A stretch of DNA of 64,000 bases, from contig CAWJMB010000002.1 of NCBI GenBank assembly GCA_963843845.1, forward strand, positions 3,264,001 through 3,328,000, given 5' to 3'. This DNA is from an uncultured Gemmatimonadaceae bacterium (GTDB taxonomy: Bacteria > Gemmatimonadota > Gemmatimonadetes > Gemmatimonadales > Gemmatimonadaceae). Positions 52,677 through 62,875 of the stretch are shown in pieces. The translations under genes and the position numbers were made by a program. The notes under the pieces are model-generated. The model was not told the DNA's origin, did not search any database, and saw only the letters and a program-made list of their open reading frames with translations. The stretch's first letter is position 1, and each line of letters opens with the position of its first letter.

Positions 52677-55600
52677 GTGACCGCCCCGCCCCTCGGCCCC
52701 ACTTCACTCCTCGCCGGTCGGTACGCGATCGAGCGCGAGCTCGGACGCGGCGCGAGCGCGGTCGTCTACCTCGCGCGCGACCGCGTGCACGACCGGCCGG
52801 TCGCGGTGAAGGTGCTGCGCCCCGAGTTCGCCGAATCGTTAGGCGCCGAGCGCTTCCTGCGCGAGGTCAAGGTGACGTCGCGGCTGCAGCATCCGCGGAT
52901 CGTGAGCGTGCTCGACGCGGGCGCCGACGGCGACCGGCTGTTCTTCGTCGACGCCGTACCTCGACGGCGGCACGCTTCGCGAGCGGCTCACGCGCGAGCG
53001 CCAGCTGCCGATCGGTGCGGCGGTCGCGGTCGCGCACGCGGTGGCGACGGCGCTCGACTACGCGCACCGCCAGGGGCTGCTCCACCGCGACGTGAAGCCC
53101 GAGAACATCCTGTTCTCCGGCGACGAGCCCTGCCTCGCCGACTTCGGGATCGCGCGCGCGCTCGACGACGCCGGGTGGACGACGACGACGGGGATCGTGC
53201 GCGGCACGCCGGCCTACATGAGCCCGGAGCAGGCGAGCGGCGAGTCGACGTACGACGGACGGAGCGACATCTACTCGCTCGGCTGCGTGCTCTACGAGAT
53301 GCTCGCTGGCGTGATGCCCTTCCACGGCGCGACGCCGCAGGCGGTGCTCGCGCAACGGTTCACGCATGCGCCCGAGTCGTTAGGCAGGTATCGGGCGACG
53401 GTGCCGGCGGGGCTCGAGCGGGTGGTCATGCAGGCGCTCGCGCCGGCGCCGGCGGACCGGTGGGGGAACGGCGCAGGACATTCGCGGATGCGCTCGCGGC
53501 GACGGGGCTCGCTGCATTCGACGGGCGGGTGGAGCGGGGGCGGCACCGTGGGCCCGCCGCCCGACGTCGGGCCGCCGCGTCTCCGTGCGACCCGTCGGCG
53601 TCGTCCGTATGCCGTCGCGGGAGTCGCGGCCGCCGCCGCGCTCGCCGTCGGACTGTGGACATCCGGCGCGGCGAGCAGAGGAAGCCCGGGCGGCGGCGAT
53701 TCGGTGAGCGCAGACGGCACGCCCGACGCCGGGGCCGCGCCGCTTCGGGTACACGTGGCGCCGGCGACACGCGTGACCGACTCGGACGTGCCGGTCGCCG
53801 CACGCTTCAGCGAGGCGATCCGCGCGGAGCTCGCGGGATGGACCGGCGTCGAGGTGACCGACACGCCTGGCGACGCGGCCCTCTCCATCGTGCCGAGCGT
53901 GGCCGCGCTCGGCGACTCGGTGCACGTGTCGCTCGCCCTGCGCGCGCAGCGCGGAGGCGAGCGCCGCGTCCTCCGCCGGGTCAGCGCCGGCGAGGTCACG
54001 ACGCCGGCGGTCGTCGCGGGACTCGTGCGAGACGCCCTCGCCGGAGCCGACGGAGCGAAGGCCGACGGGCTCGAGCGAATGCCGGGTCGCTCACTCGCGG
54101 CGCTGCGCGCCTACGTGAGCGGCTGGCAGGCGCTCCGCGATGGGCGGTTCGAGAGTGCGGCGGCGAGACTCCGCCTCGCGAGTCGCCTCGATCCGGCATT
54201 CGCGCAGGCGTCGTTGTGGGCCGCGCAGAGCGGCGCGTGGGCAGACCCGAAGCTCGTGCGTGCCTGGCGAGCCGATGCCGCCGCCGCGTACCAGCGGGCC
54301 GGCCTGTCGGTCGGCGAATCCTGGCACGCTGCCGCGCTGCGCGCGATGTCCGAGAACCGATATCCCGAGGCGTGTGACGCGTTCCGTTCGATGACGCGAG
54401 TGGCGCCGACGGCGTTCGCGGCCTGGTTCGGCCTGGGCGAGTGCGCTCGCCTCGACAGCACCGTCATTCGGACGCCGCGCGGGCCTGCATTCCGCGGAAG
54501 CTACTGGTCGGCGCTGGCGGCCTATCGTGAGGCGGTCGACAACGCCACGGAATCCCGCCTCCTGGGCGCACTGTTCCAGCGTATCGCCGAGACGTGCAAC
54601 GCGACTGGCGGTCGCGCGCGGAACGGTTGGGTCGCGGATGGCGCTCGGATGCCCTACGCGGCGCTCCCATCCCTCGACCACGACTCGGTCGCCTACGTGC
54701 CGCTTCCGTACGCCACCTTCGTGGCCGGCGGTCAGGGCGCCGTCCCCGCGTCGTACGACGCGGCCGTGCGCCTGGGCCGAACGGTGGCCCTCGAGCTGAC
54801 GGAGCGATGGGTTCGACGATCACCGGAATCCGGCGTCGCCTGGTTGCAGCACGCGCTCGCACTCGAGCGCACCGGCCAGCTCGCTCCCGGCACCCCCGAG
54901 CGGTCGGCACCCGCTGCGCTCGATCGGGCCGCCATGCGGCTGAACGACCTGCCGAGCCTCGCCCACCTCGGCGTCGCGCGGACCAGATTCGCGCTCCGGC
55001 TCGGCGACTACGGCGGCGCGAAGGCCGCCGCCGCGCGCACGATCGCTCTGGTGAGCGACTCGGCCGGTCCGGACGTCAGCGCCTCGGTCGCACCGCTCGC
55101 TGCACTGATCGACGACACCGCTGCGGTGAAGCGACTGTTGAGCGTGGGAGGCTCCGACCCCGCGCTGCCCATGACGCTCGCGACTCGGACGCGCGACTTC
55201 GCCGTCGTCTCGGCGCTCGGCCACTGCGACGCGCTCGCGGCGCGCCGCGCGGCGCTGGACACGGCGTTCGGCGTGGCGTTCGCGAAGAACGACCTGCGGG
55301 CGCTGCGCGAGCGACACCTCCACCCCCTCTATCGCGGTGCCGTGCCCTGCCTGGGCCCCGGGATCGTCGGCGAGTTCGCTCCGACGCTTCCGATCGACAC
55401 GGCCTTCACTCTCCTCGATCGCGGCGACCCGCGAGGCGCCGCCGACGTCGTCCTGCGGTTGCAGGCTCGGCGCGCAGGCGCGGCGTCGGCGGCCGTCAGC
55501 TGGGACCAGCTCTTTCTCGAGTCGTGGACCCTGGTGCAGTCCGGTGACACGGCCTCGGCGCGACGACTCCTGATCGACGCGTACGACGATCCCGCGCTGC

Positions 55601-55743
55601 TCAACCCGCTGACACTCGACTGGGTCGAGCTCGCGGCGGGGTTCCGCCGCGGTCTCTCGCTGCTGTCGCAGATCGACCGCGCTCCCGCGGCAACCGGCGC
55701 GCGCGGACGATGGGCGCACCGCGTTGCCCAACTCTCCACCTGA
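52677..55743 (+). CDS. Membrane Hanks-type Ser/Thr kinase with large extracytoplasmic TPR-like region (frameshift near 52950)
   Basis: GRGASAVV, VAVK, HRDVKPEN, DFG, GTPAYMSPEQ, SDIYSLG; TM YAVAGVAAAAALAVGLW; helical repeats. Confidence 0.9.
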
Positions 55744-55762
55744 CCTGACGCGAGGCCCGACC

Positions 55763-56848
55763 ATGCTCCGATCGCTCGTCACACTGCTCGCCTGCGCGCT
55801 CGCCCTCTCGTCCTGCGCCGAGCCGGCCCGGCAGGCCGCCTCGGCGCCGGAGACGACCGGAGCGACCGCGCAGCCGATGTCCCAGCAGCAGCGCGTCCCG
55901 ACGTACGACGAGGCCGTCGACGCCGCCGACGCGGTCAGCAATCCGTGCAGCCAGGGCGCCAGCGGCGATCGATGCCGCGGCCGCCCCGGCAAGGAATGGG
56001 CGCAGCGCGATGACGCGACCAAGAAGGACGCCCGGAAGCACATCGCGACCGCCCTCATGACGCTCTCGACCAACCTGGGCGACCCCAAGCCGAGCGAGTT
56101 TCGGGAACGCGCGGCAGACGGCGGCACGACCCAGCGGCTCGCGATCACCGCAGTGGACGCGGCCCGGCGGATGCGCATTCGAGACTTCGACGCGGACGCC
56201 GAAGGCGCGCGGGGCATCGTCGTGGCTCGCATCCGCGCGAAGATGGGCAGCGGCTGGAAGCGCGATCTGCAGTTCGGCGCCGGGCCGCAGGCCGCCGGAG
56301 ACTGGGACGAAGACTTCTTCCTGATCGTCGTCGACCGCAAGAACACCGATCAGACACTCCAGCCGGACGCGAGCTACATCGTCGGGAAGTGGCAGCTGTG
56401 GGGACTCAAACGCGTGAAGGGATACAACGAGGCCCACCGAGTGGACGGCAAGACGCTGGATCGCCCGTTCCGGCTCTGCGCGCGCGCGCACCCGCTCGAC
56501 GACGTCGGGAACGTCGCGCAGTTCATCCCGTGCAAGACCGCCCACCTGCTGCAGGAGGCGCTCGCCGCCGACTCCGTGCTCCGCAAGGCCGTCGGTCACC
56601 GGGCGCTGGCGGCCGCCGTCTCCGAGGACTCGGGGCTGCCGCTCGCCGACACGTCGGGCGTCCAGCCGACGACCAAGGTCCGGCGCGAGGCGCTGATCGA
56701 CGCCGCGCTCGCAGGGTTCGTCAAGGTCCACTCGCTCGCCTATCTGACGGCCGCGCAGCGCACCCTGCTCCGGAGCGCGCTCGGCGACGCGGACGCGCCG
56801 GGCTGGATGCCGTGCGGCCTGGGCTGCTGTGTGGCCGGGGACCAGTAG
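55763..56848 (+). CDS. Hypothetical lipoprotein with C-terminal WMPCGLGCC motif
   Basis: Lipobox LSSC; clean ORF 19 bp after the kinase; Cys-rich. Confidence 0.8.
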   Translation: MLRSLVTLLACALALSSCAEPARQAASAPETTGATAQPMSQQQRVPTYDEAVDAADAVSNPCSQGASGDRCRGRPGKEWAQRDDATKKDARKHIATALMTLSTNLGDPKPSEFRERAADGGTTQRLAITAVDAARRMRIRDFDADAEGARGIVVARIRAKMGSGWKRDLQFGAGPQAAGDWDEDFFLIVVDRKNTDQTLQPDASYIVGKWQLWGLKRVKGYNEAHRVDGKTLDRPFRLCARAHPLDDVGNVAQFIPCKTAHLLQEALAADSVLRKAVGHRALAAAVSEDSGLPLADTSGVQPTTKVRREALIDAALAGFVKVHSLAYLTAAQRTLLRSALGDADAPGWMPCGLGCCVAGDQ

Positions 56849-56853
56849 CGCCC

Positions 56854-56913
56854 TCTCCTATTGACATTCGATACGAGCGACCGTACGCTCTCCTATCGTC
56901 ACTCGATAGGAGA
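56854..56913 (+). promoter_or_regulatory. Sigma-70 promoter with two PadR-type operator palindromes
   Basis: TTGACA(56861)-N17-TACGCT; TCTCCTATCG-N5-CGATAGGAGA at 56889-56913; degenerate copy 56854-56878 over the -35. Confidence 0.8.
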
Positions 56914-56922
56914 CGCCCCCGC

Positions 56923-57255
56923 GTGCCGCCGAAAGCCCCGACCCTGCTCCAGGGAACGCTCGACCTCCTCGTCCTGAGGGCCCTCGCCCTCCAGGAGCTC
57001 CACGGCCTCGGCGTCGCCCGGCGCGTCGAGCAGATCACCGGCGGCACGTTCCAGGTCAGACCCGGCTCGCTCTTCCCGGCACTCCACCGCATGGAGGAGG
57101 CGGGCTGGCTCGCCGCCGAATGGGGCGAGTCGGAGAACAACCGCCGCGCGAAGTTCTACCGCCTCACCGCCGCCGGCCGGAGGCAGCTCGCCGTCGAGAC
57201 GCGGCAGTGGGAGACGATCTCGGTCGCGATCGCCGCGGCCATCGCCGCCACCTGA
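56923..57255 (+). CDS. PadR family transcriptional regulator (Acidobacterial type)
   Basis: LLQGTLDLLVL, HG..V, GSLFPALHRME, WGESENNRRAKFY.LT. Confidence 0.93.
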   Translation: MPPKAPTLLQGTLDLLVLRALALQELHGLGVARRVEQITGGTFQVRPGSLFPALHRMEEAGWLAAEWGESENNRRAKFYRLTAAGRRQLAVETRQWETISVAIAAAIAAT

Positions 57256-57266
57256 GGCGCGCCGCC

Positions 57267-60038
57267 ATGCGATCGCCCGCGCGCCTCCTCGCCCGCCTCC
57301 GCCACTTCTGGCTCGACGTCCGCCACCGCGACCACGTCGAGCACGCGCTCGACGCCGAGCTCGCGTCGTACGTCGAGCTGCTGGCCGACGAGAAGCGGCG
57401 CGCCGGGCTGAGCGCGCACGACGCGCTCCGCGCCGCCCGCGCCGAGGCCGGCGACGTGGAACGCGTGAAGGAGCACGTCCGCGCCGCACGGGTCGACCGC
57501 TGGCTCTACACCGCGCTCCCCGATCTGCGCCACGCCGGCCGCACGCTGCGCCGCGCACCGGGCTTCGCGCTGATCGCCGTCGCGACGCTCGCGTTGGGCG
57601 TCGGCGGCACCGCGGGCATCTTCGCCGTCGCCGACGCGGCGCTGCTGCGGCCGCCGGCCGGCGTGCGTGAGCCGGACCGCCTCATCTCGCTGCTGCGCGA
57701 CGAGCGCGGCGACACCTATCGCAACTTCAGCCACCCCGACTTCGTCGACCTGCGCGACGCGGCGCGGGCGCTCGAAGGACTGACCGCGTACCGCATGGCG
57801 ATGCTCAGCGTCGGCGGCGAGCGCGACGGCGGCGAGCGCGACGGCGCGGCCGAGCGCGTGCGCGGCGCGGTCGTCTCCGGGTCGTACTTCGGCGTGCTCG
57901 GCGCGCGTCTCGCGCTCGGTCGACCGTTAGGCGCCGGCGACGATCGCCCCGACGCGCCGCCCGCGGTCGTGCTGTCCGACGCGTTCTGGCGGCGCGCGTT
58001 CGGCGCGGATCCCGCGGTGCTCGGCGCCACGCTGACGCTGAACGGGCAGACGTTCGCCGTCGTCGGCGTGACCGAGCCCGGCTTCGTGGGCGTGGCGGGG
58101 GGCGAGCCGGCGCACGTGTGGGTGCCGCTCTCGCAGTTTCGCCTGACGATGCCGTACCTGGGCGACGCGGTGCTCGCGGACCGCAGCGCGGGGTGGCTCG
58201 CCCTCGTCGGCCGGCTGCGCGACGGCGCGAGCGCGGCGAGCGCGGCGGCCGAGCTGCGGAACGCCGCGCGCCGGCTCGCCGACGCGTACCCGGTGACGAA
58301 CGCCGGCCGCACGGTCCAGGTGCTCGAGGGCGCCGGACTCTACCCCGACGACCGGGCCGAGGTCGGCGACGTGTTGGGCATCCTCGGCGGCGCGGTCGCC
58401 CTGCTGCTCGCGGTGACGTGCGTGAACGTGGCCGGGCTGCTGCTCGTGCGCTCGGCGGCGCGCACGCGCGAGATCGCCGCGCGGCTCGCGTTAGGCGCGA
58501 CGCGAACGCGGCTCGCGCGACTCGTACTCGCCGAAGGGCTCGTGATCGGCGCGCTCGCCGTCGTACCGGCGGTGGTGATCGCGTGGGGCGTCGCGCGCGT
58601 GGCGACGGCGCTGCAGCCGGCGTCCTCGTTGCTCGCGTCGCTGCAAGTCGCCCCGGACGCGCGCGTCCTCGGCGCGGCGCTGCTGCTCGCCATCGCGACC
58701 GGCGCGCTGGTCGCGCTCGTGCCGGCCGTCCGCGTGTCGCGCGTCGATCCCGCGACCGTGCTCGCCGCGACCTCGGCGCGCGCGGGGGGCTCGCAGTCGC
58801 GCGCGCAGCGGACGCTCGTCGCGCTGCAGGTCGCGCTGTCGGCGGTGCTCATCGTCGCCGCGGGTCTCACGGTCGACGCGCTGCGCCGCGCGTTCGGCGC
58901 CGACCCGGGATACGAGGCGTCGCGGGTCGGACTCGCGTCGGTCGACCTCGGCCTGCGGCGCTACGACGCGGCGCGCGGGACGGCGTTCTACGGCGCGCTC
59001 CTCGAGCGGCTCCGCGCGACGCCCGGGATCGAGTCGGCGACGCTCGCGAAGACGATGCCGCCGCGCGACTGGAGCAGTCGCGTCTCGATCTTCACCCCCG
59101 GCGAGGAGCCGCCGCTCGCCGATCTGCGGGCGCGCGAGTACGACTACGGCGTGCAGGTGCGGCTCAACCACGTCGCCCCCGACTTCTTCGCGACGTTAGG
59201 CATCCCGCTGCTCCGCGGGCGCGACTTCACGACGCGAGACGACGCGCGCGCGGGCGCGGCCGGAGGCGTCGCGATCGTCAGCGCGCGGCTCGCGCGCCAG
59301 CTGTGGGGGAACGCGGACCCGGTCGGCCGCCGCATCTCGTGGCCCACCGTGTACGGTCCGGACAGCACGTCCGCGCGTCCGCCCCTCACCGTCGTCGGCG
59401 TCGCGGCCGACATGCGGTATCTGTCGCTCACCGACGAGCCGCCGCTGCTGCTGTACGTGCCGGTGCTGCACGAGTACGACGCGCGGGCGACGATCGCCGT
59501 GCGCGTCGCCTGCTCGCGCGCGGAGCCGTGCGACCCGGCACAGGGCGCGGCCGCGATCGCGCGCGCCGTGCGTGCCATCGACCCGACCCTCCCCGTGTCC
59601 GACGTGCAGACGATGCGCCGGCACATGGAGAACTCGCTCTGGCGGCAGCGGACCGCGTCGGCGTGGATGCTCGCGTTCGGCGCGCTCGCCGTCGCGCTCA
59701 CCTCGCTCGGCGCGTACGGCGTCGCGGCGCAGTCGGTCGCGGCGCGGGCGCGCGAGCTGAGCGTGCGCCTCGCGCTGGGCGCCGATCCGTCGACGGTCGC
59801 ACGTTCGGTGGTGCGCGAGGCGCTCACGCTCGCCGCCGCCGGCCTCGCGATCGGCGTCCCGGCGGCGCTCGCGGCGACGCGTCTCGTCCGCGCGACGATC
59901 GACGGCGCGACCGGGTCGAGCGTGCCGCACGTCGCGCTCGCCGTCGGCGCCGTCGTCGTCGCGACGCTCGCCGCCTGCGTCGCGCCCGCACGCCGCGCCG
60001 CGCGCGCCAACCCGGCGGCGGCGCTACGCAGCGAGTGA
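57267..60038 (+). CDS. ADOP-type duplicated MacB/FtsX ABC permease
   Basis: N-terminal prefix (LDAEL...G), DLRHAGRTLRRAPGF, CVNVAGLLL, RLALGA twice, PARRAAR. Confidence 0.93.
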   Translation: MRSPARLLARLRHFWLDVRHRDHVEHALDAELASYVELLADEKRRAGLSAHDALRAARAEAGDVERVKEHVRAARVDRWLYTALPDLRHAGRTLRRAPGFALIAVATLALGVGGTAGIFAVADAALLRPPAGVREPDRLISLLRDERGDTYRNFSHPDFVDLRDAARALEGLTAYRMAMLSVGGERDGGERDGAAERVRGAVVSGSYFGVLGARLALGRPLGAGDDRPDAPPAVVLSDAFWRRAFGADPAVLGATLTLNGQTFAVVGVTEPGFVGVAGGEPAHVWVPLSQFRLTMPYLGDAVLADRSAGWLALVGRLRDGASAASAAAELRNAARRLADAYPVTNAGRTVQVLEGAGLYPDDRAEVGDVLGILGGAVALLLAVTCVNVAGLLLVRSAARTREIAARLALGATRTRLARLVLAEGLVIGALAVVPAVVIAWGVARVATALQPASSLLASLQVAPDARVLGAALLLAIATGALVALVPAVRVSRVDPATVLAATSARAGGSQSRAQRTLVALQVALSAVLIVAAGLTVDALRRAFGADPGYEASRVGLASVDLGLRRYDAARGTAFYGALLERLRATPGIESATLAKTMPPRDWSSRVSIFTPGEEPPLADLRAREYDYGVQVRLNHVAPDFFATLGIPLLRGRDFTTRDDARAGAAGGVAIVSARLARQLWGNADPVGRRISWPTVYGPDSTSARPPLTVVGVAADMRYLSLTDEPPLLLYVPVLHEYDARATIAVRVACSRAEPCDPAQGAAAIARAVRAIDPTLPVSDVQTMRRHMENSLWRQRTASAWMLAFGALAVALTSLGAYGVAAQSVAARARELSVRLALGADPSTVARSVVREALTLAAAGLAIGVPAALAATRLVRATIDGATGSSVPHVALAVGAVVVATLAACVAPARRAARANPAAALRSE

Positions 60039-60147
60039 CCGCTCGGCGGCTCCACGCTCACGCACGGCGCCACGCTCACGCACGGCTCGCGCTGCCGGAC
60101 GCCGCCTGACGGCGGACCGCTCGGACGCGTCTCACACGGAGGTCCGC

Positions 60148-61320
60148 ATGCGCATACCACTCGCCGCTCGCGCCACGCCGCTGGCGTGTCTCTGCGTCGC
60201 GCTCACGGCACCCACCGCCGTCCGCGAGCACACGTCACCGAACGGCCACGTCGTCGCCGCCTCGGAGATGGCCGTCGCGCGGGCGAGCCACACGAGCACC
60301 CTCCTCCCCGACGGGCGCGTGCTCGTCACGGGCGGCTTCGCGGGGAGCGGCAGCGAGGGCGCGCCGTTCGCGAGCTCCGAGCTGTTCACGCCGTCGACCG
60401 GCCGCTTCACGAGCGGCCCACCGATGCGCGTCGCCCGGGTCGGCCACACGGCGACGTCGCTGCCGAACGGTTCGGTGCTCGTCCTCGGCGGCTGGACGGG
60501 AAGCTTCGCGGCGACGGCGGCGGCCGAGCGCTACGATCCGGCGACCAGCGCGTTCGTCGACGCGGGAGCGATGGCCGCGCCGCGCGCCGACCAGACGGCG
60601 ACGCTCCTCGCCGACGGCCGCGTGCTCGTCACCGGCGGCACCGACCCACAGATGACCGCGCTCGCGACGGCCGAGTTGTACGACCCCGCCGCGGGACGCT
60701 TCACGCCGACCGGACCGCTGGCGCACGCGCGCTTCTCACACACCGCGACGCGCCTCGCCGACGGCCGCGTCCTGATCGTCGGCGGCGGGAGCGGGCGGCG
60801 CGCCGACAAGGTGCTGCACGCGGAGGCGGAGCTCTACGACCCGGCGACCGGCCGCTTCACCGCGGCGGGAACGTTAGGCACCCCCCGCCACAAGCACGCC
60901 GCGACGCTGCTCGCGGACGGCTCGGTGCTCGTCGTCGGCGGGTCCGACCTGCGCGACGGGCGCGGGCAGCTGACGTCGGTCGAGCGGTGGAGACCGGCCC
61001 GCGGCGGGACCGCGGGCGGCGCGCCGATCCGCGGCACGTTCGCGCCCGCGGCGCCGCTCCGCGGCGCCCGCTTCAAGCTCGGCCCCGCGGTCGCCGCGCT
61101 CGCCGACGGACGGGTCGTCGTGGCCGGCGGCGCGCCGACCGTCGAGATCTACGACGCGGCGACGGGCGTGTTCCACACCGTCGACGGATCGTTGGGCGCC
61201 GCCCGCTACTTCTCCGCCGCGTCGCGCCTGCGCGACGGCAGCGTGCTGGTCACCGGCGGCTACGCGGACTCGCGCAGCGGCCCCGAGTCGACGCGGCGGA
61301 CCTTCATCGTCCACCCGTAG
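60148..61320 (+). CDS. Secreted Kelch-repeat beta-propeller protein
   Basis: Six to seven repeats of R..HTATLL.DGRVLV.GG...AELYDP. Confidence 0.9.
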   Translation: MRIPLAARATPLACLCVALTAPTAVREHTSPNGHVVAASEMAVARASHTSTLLPDGRVLVTGGFAGSGSEGAPFASSELFTPSTGRFTSGPPMRVARVGHTATSLPNGSVLVLGGWTGSFAATAAAERYDPATSAFVDAGAMAAPRADQTATLLADGRVLVTGGTDPQMTALATAELYDPAAGRFTPTGPLAHARFSHTATRLADGRVLIVGGGSGRRADKVLHAEAELYDPATGRFTAAGTLGTPRHKHAATLLADGSVLVVGGSDLRDGRGQLTSVERWRPARGGTAGGAPIRGTFAPAAPLRGARFKLGPAVAALADGRVVVAGGAPTVEIYDAATGVFHTVDGSLGAARYFSAASRLRDGSVLVTGGYADSRSGPESTRRTFIVHP

Positions 61321-61351
61321 GCACCGCCCCACCTCGTCCGTCGTGCGTCAC

Positions 61352-61474
61352 ACCGCATCACCGCCGTTCGACCGCCGTTCGACCGCCGTTCGACCGCCGT
61401 TCGACCGCCGTTCGACCGCCGTTCGACCGCCGTGACACTGCGGACCCACCGCGGTCGAACGGCGGTGATGCGGT
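61352..61474. repeat. 11-bp tandem repeat (ACCGCCGTTCG, about 6.7 copies) within a 24-bp inverted repeat
   Basis: Tandem array 61360-61433; 61451-61474 is the reverse complement of 61352-61375. Confidence 0.88.
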
Positions 61475-61509
61475 TCGAATCACGGCGGACGAGGTACGGC
61501 GGACGGTCT

Positions 61510-62820
61510 CTACCAGCTCATGCTCACGCCGGCCCACACGATCGCCGCGCGGTACGTCTCCGCCGCATCGCGCGGCGCGATCCCGATCGCCGAGCAGGCG
61601 TCCGTCGCCGCGTCCCAGTCGCCGCGCTCCTGCGCCTCGACGAGCGCGAGGATCGGCGCGTGCGGCCCCGACCGCGTCAGCAGCGCGTCGCGCACCTCCG
61701 GCGCGATCGCCATCCGCTCGAGGATCCCCGACATCGGCATCTTGAGCAGCACGTCGAGGAGCGAGAACAACCCGGTGAGGAACAGTGCCCCCATGTGCGC
61801 CGGCCGCCCACCGCGCTCCGCCACCAGCTCGCACATCCGCGCCCGCGCCAGCGCCGTCATCACCAGCTCGCCGGCGATCCCGTTGTTCGTCCCCGACGTC
61901 GACACGAGCAGCAGCGACAGCCAGCGGTGCAGCGCCTTCCGCCCGACGAGACGAAGGGCATAGCCGATCGACTGCACGTCGCGCCCTCCGAACGACGCCG
62001 AGTTCGCGATGCGCAGCAGCTTGTACGACATCGACGGGTCGGTGCGGAACGCGTTCTCGATGTCGGCGTCGGTCGCCCGCGGGTCGTCGAGCAGCCCCAT
62101 GAGCCGCAGCATCGTCGTCTGCTCGGTGCTCAGCTCGCGGTGCGAGACGATGATCGGCTTGCTGTAGAAGTACCCCTGGAACAGCGTGAAGCCGAGCCGC
62201 TTGCACGTGTCGCGCACCTCGGCCGTCTCCACCCGCTCGGCGAGAAGGCGGACGTTGTACGGACGCAGCTCGTCGACGGCGCGCTTGATGTCGGCCGCGT
62301 CGCGATCGAGCACGTCGAGCTTCACGATCGACGCGAGCTGGAGGAGCGCCTCGTAGCCGGGCGCGTTCACGAAGTCGTCGAGCGCGAGCGTGTAGCCGGC
62401 GGCCACCAGCGTCTTGCACGCCGCGACCACCTCGTCGTCCGGCTCGACCGTCTCGAGCAGCTCGATGACGACCGTCTTCGGGTCGAACAGCTCGTACAGG
62501 TTCCGCACGAGGAAGTCGCGCGTCATGTTCACGAACGCGATCGTGTTGTTCGTGAGCGGCGCCAGCCCGATCGTCATCAGCGTGTGCAGCACGGTGTCGG
62601 TGCACATCTGATCCGCGCTCACGCCGTTCGCCCAGTTGTGCTGCGTCCCGCTGCGGTAGAGCAGCTCGTACGCGAACAGCCGGTCGTTGCCGTCGAAGAT
62701 CGGCTGGCGAGCGACGAAGACGTCGTGGATCGGCGTCGGCCCGTCCCCCGTCACCTCGCCGGTGAACGAAGTCGAGGCGGGTGCCCCGGCGGGCGCGGGA
62801 CGGCGGAGGAGTGTCGGCAT
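61510..62820 (-). CDS. EAL-HDOD domain protein (YuxH/PdeH-like c-di-GMP phosphodiesterase)
   Basis: VARQPIF...AYELLYR, IELLE, ALDDF, LLAERVET, FQGYFYSKP; HDOD DPSMSYKLLRIANS. Confidence 0.92.
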   Translation of the reverse strand: MPTLLRRPAPAGAPASTSFTGEVTGDGPTPIHDVFVARQPIFDGNDRLFAYELLYRSGTQHNWANGVSADQMCTDTVLHTLMTIGLAPLTNNTIAFVNMTRDFLVRNLYELFDPKTVVIELLETVEPDDEVVAACKTLVAAGYTLALDDFVNAPGYEALLQLASIVKLDVLDRDAADIKRAVDELRPYNVRLLAERVETAEVRDTCKRLGFTLFQGYFYSKPIIVSHRELSTEQTTMLRLMGLLDDPRATDADIENAFRTDPSMSYKLLRIANSASFGGRDVQSIGYALRLVGRKALHRWLSLLLVSTSGTNNGIAGELVMTALARARMCELVAERGGRPAHMGALFLTGLFSLLDVLLKMPMSGILERMAIAPEVRDALLTRSGPHAPILALVEAQERGDWDAATDACSAIGIAPRDAAETYRAAIVWAGVSMSW

Positions 62821-62875
62821 GGTATCGTTAGGACGACCGATCGCGCCGCTCGATACGCCCCCCTCTCGCCCCGCC

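Noticed and set aside
50426..61433. The two tandem arrays (50426-50523, 61360-61433) as possible CRISPR arrays
   Set aside because: Units of 11-14 bp with no unique spacers, and no cas genes.
62821..62860. Possible sigma-28 promoter for the EAL-HDOD gene
   Set aside because: The AACGATAC match is weak, lies 1 nt from the ATG, and has no -35 at the right spacing.
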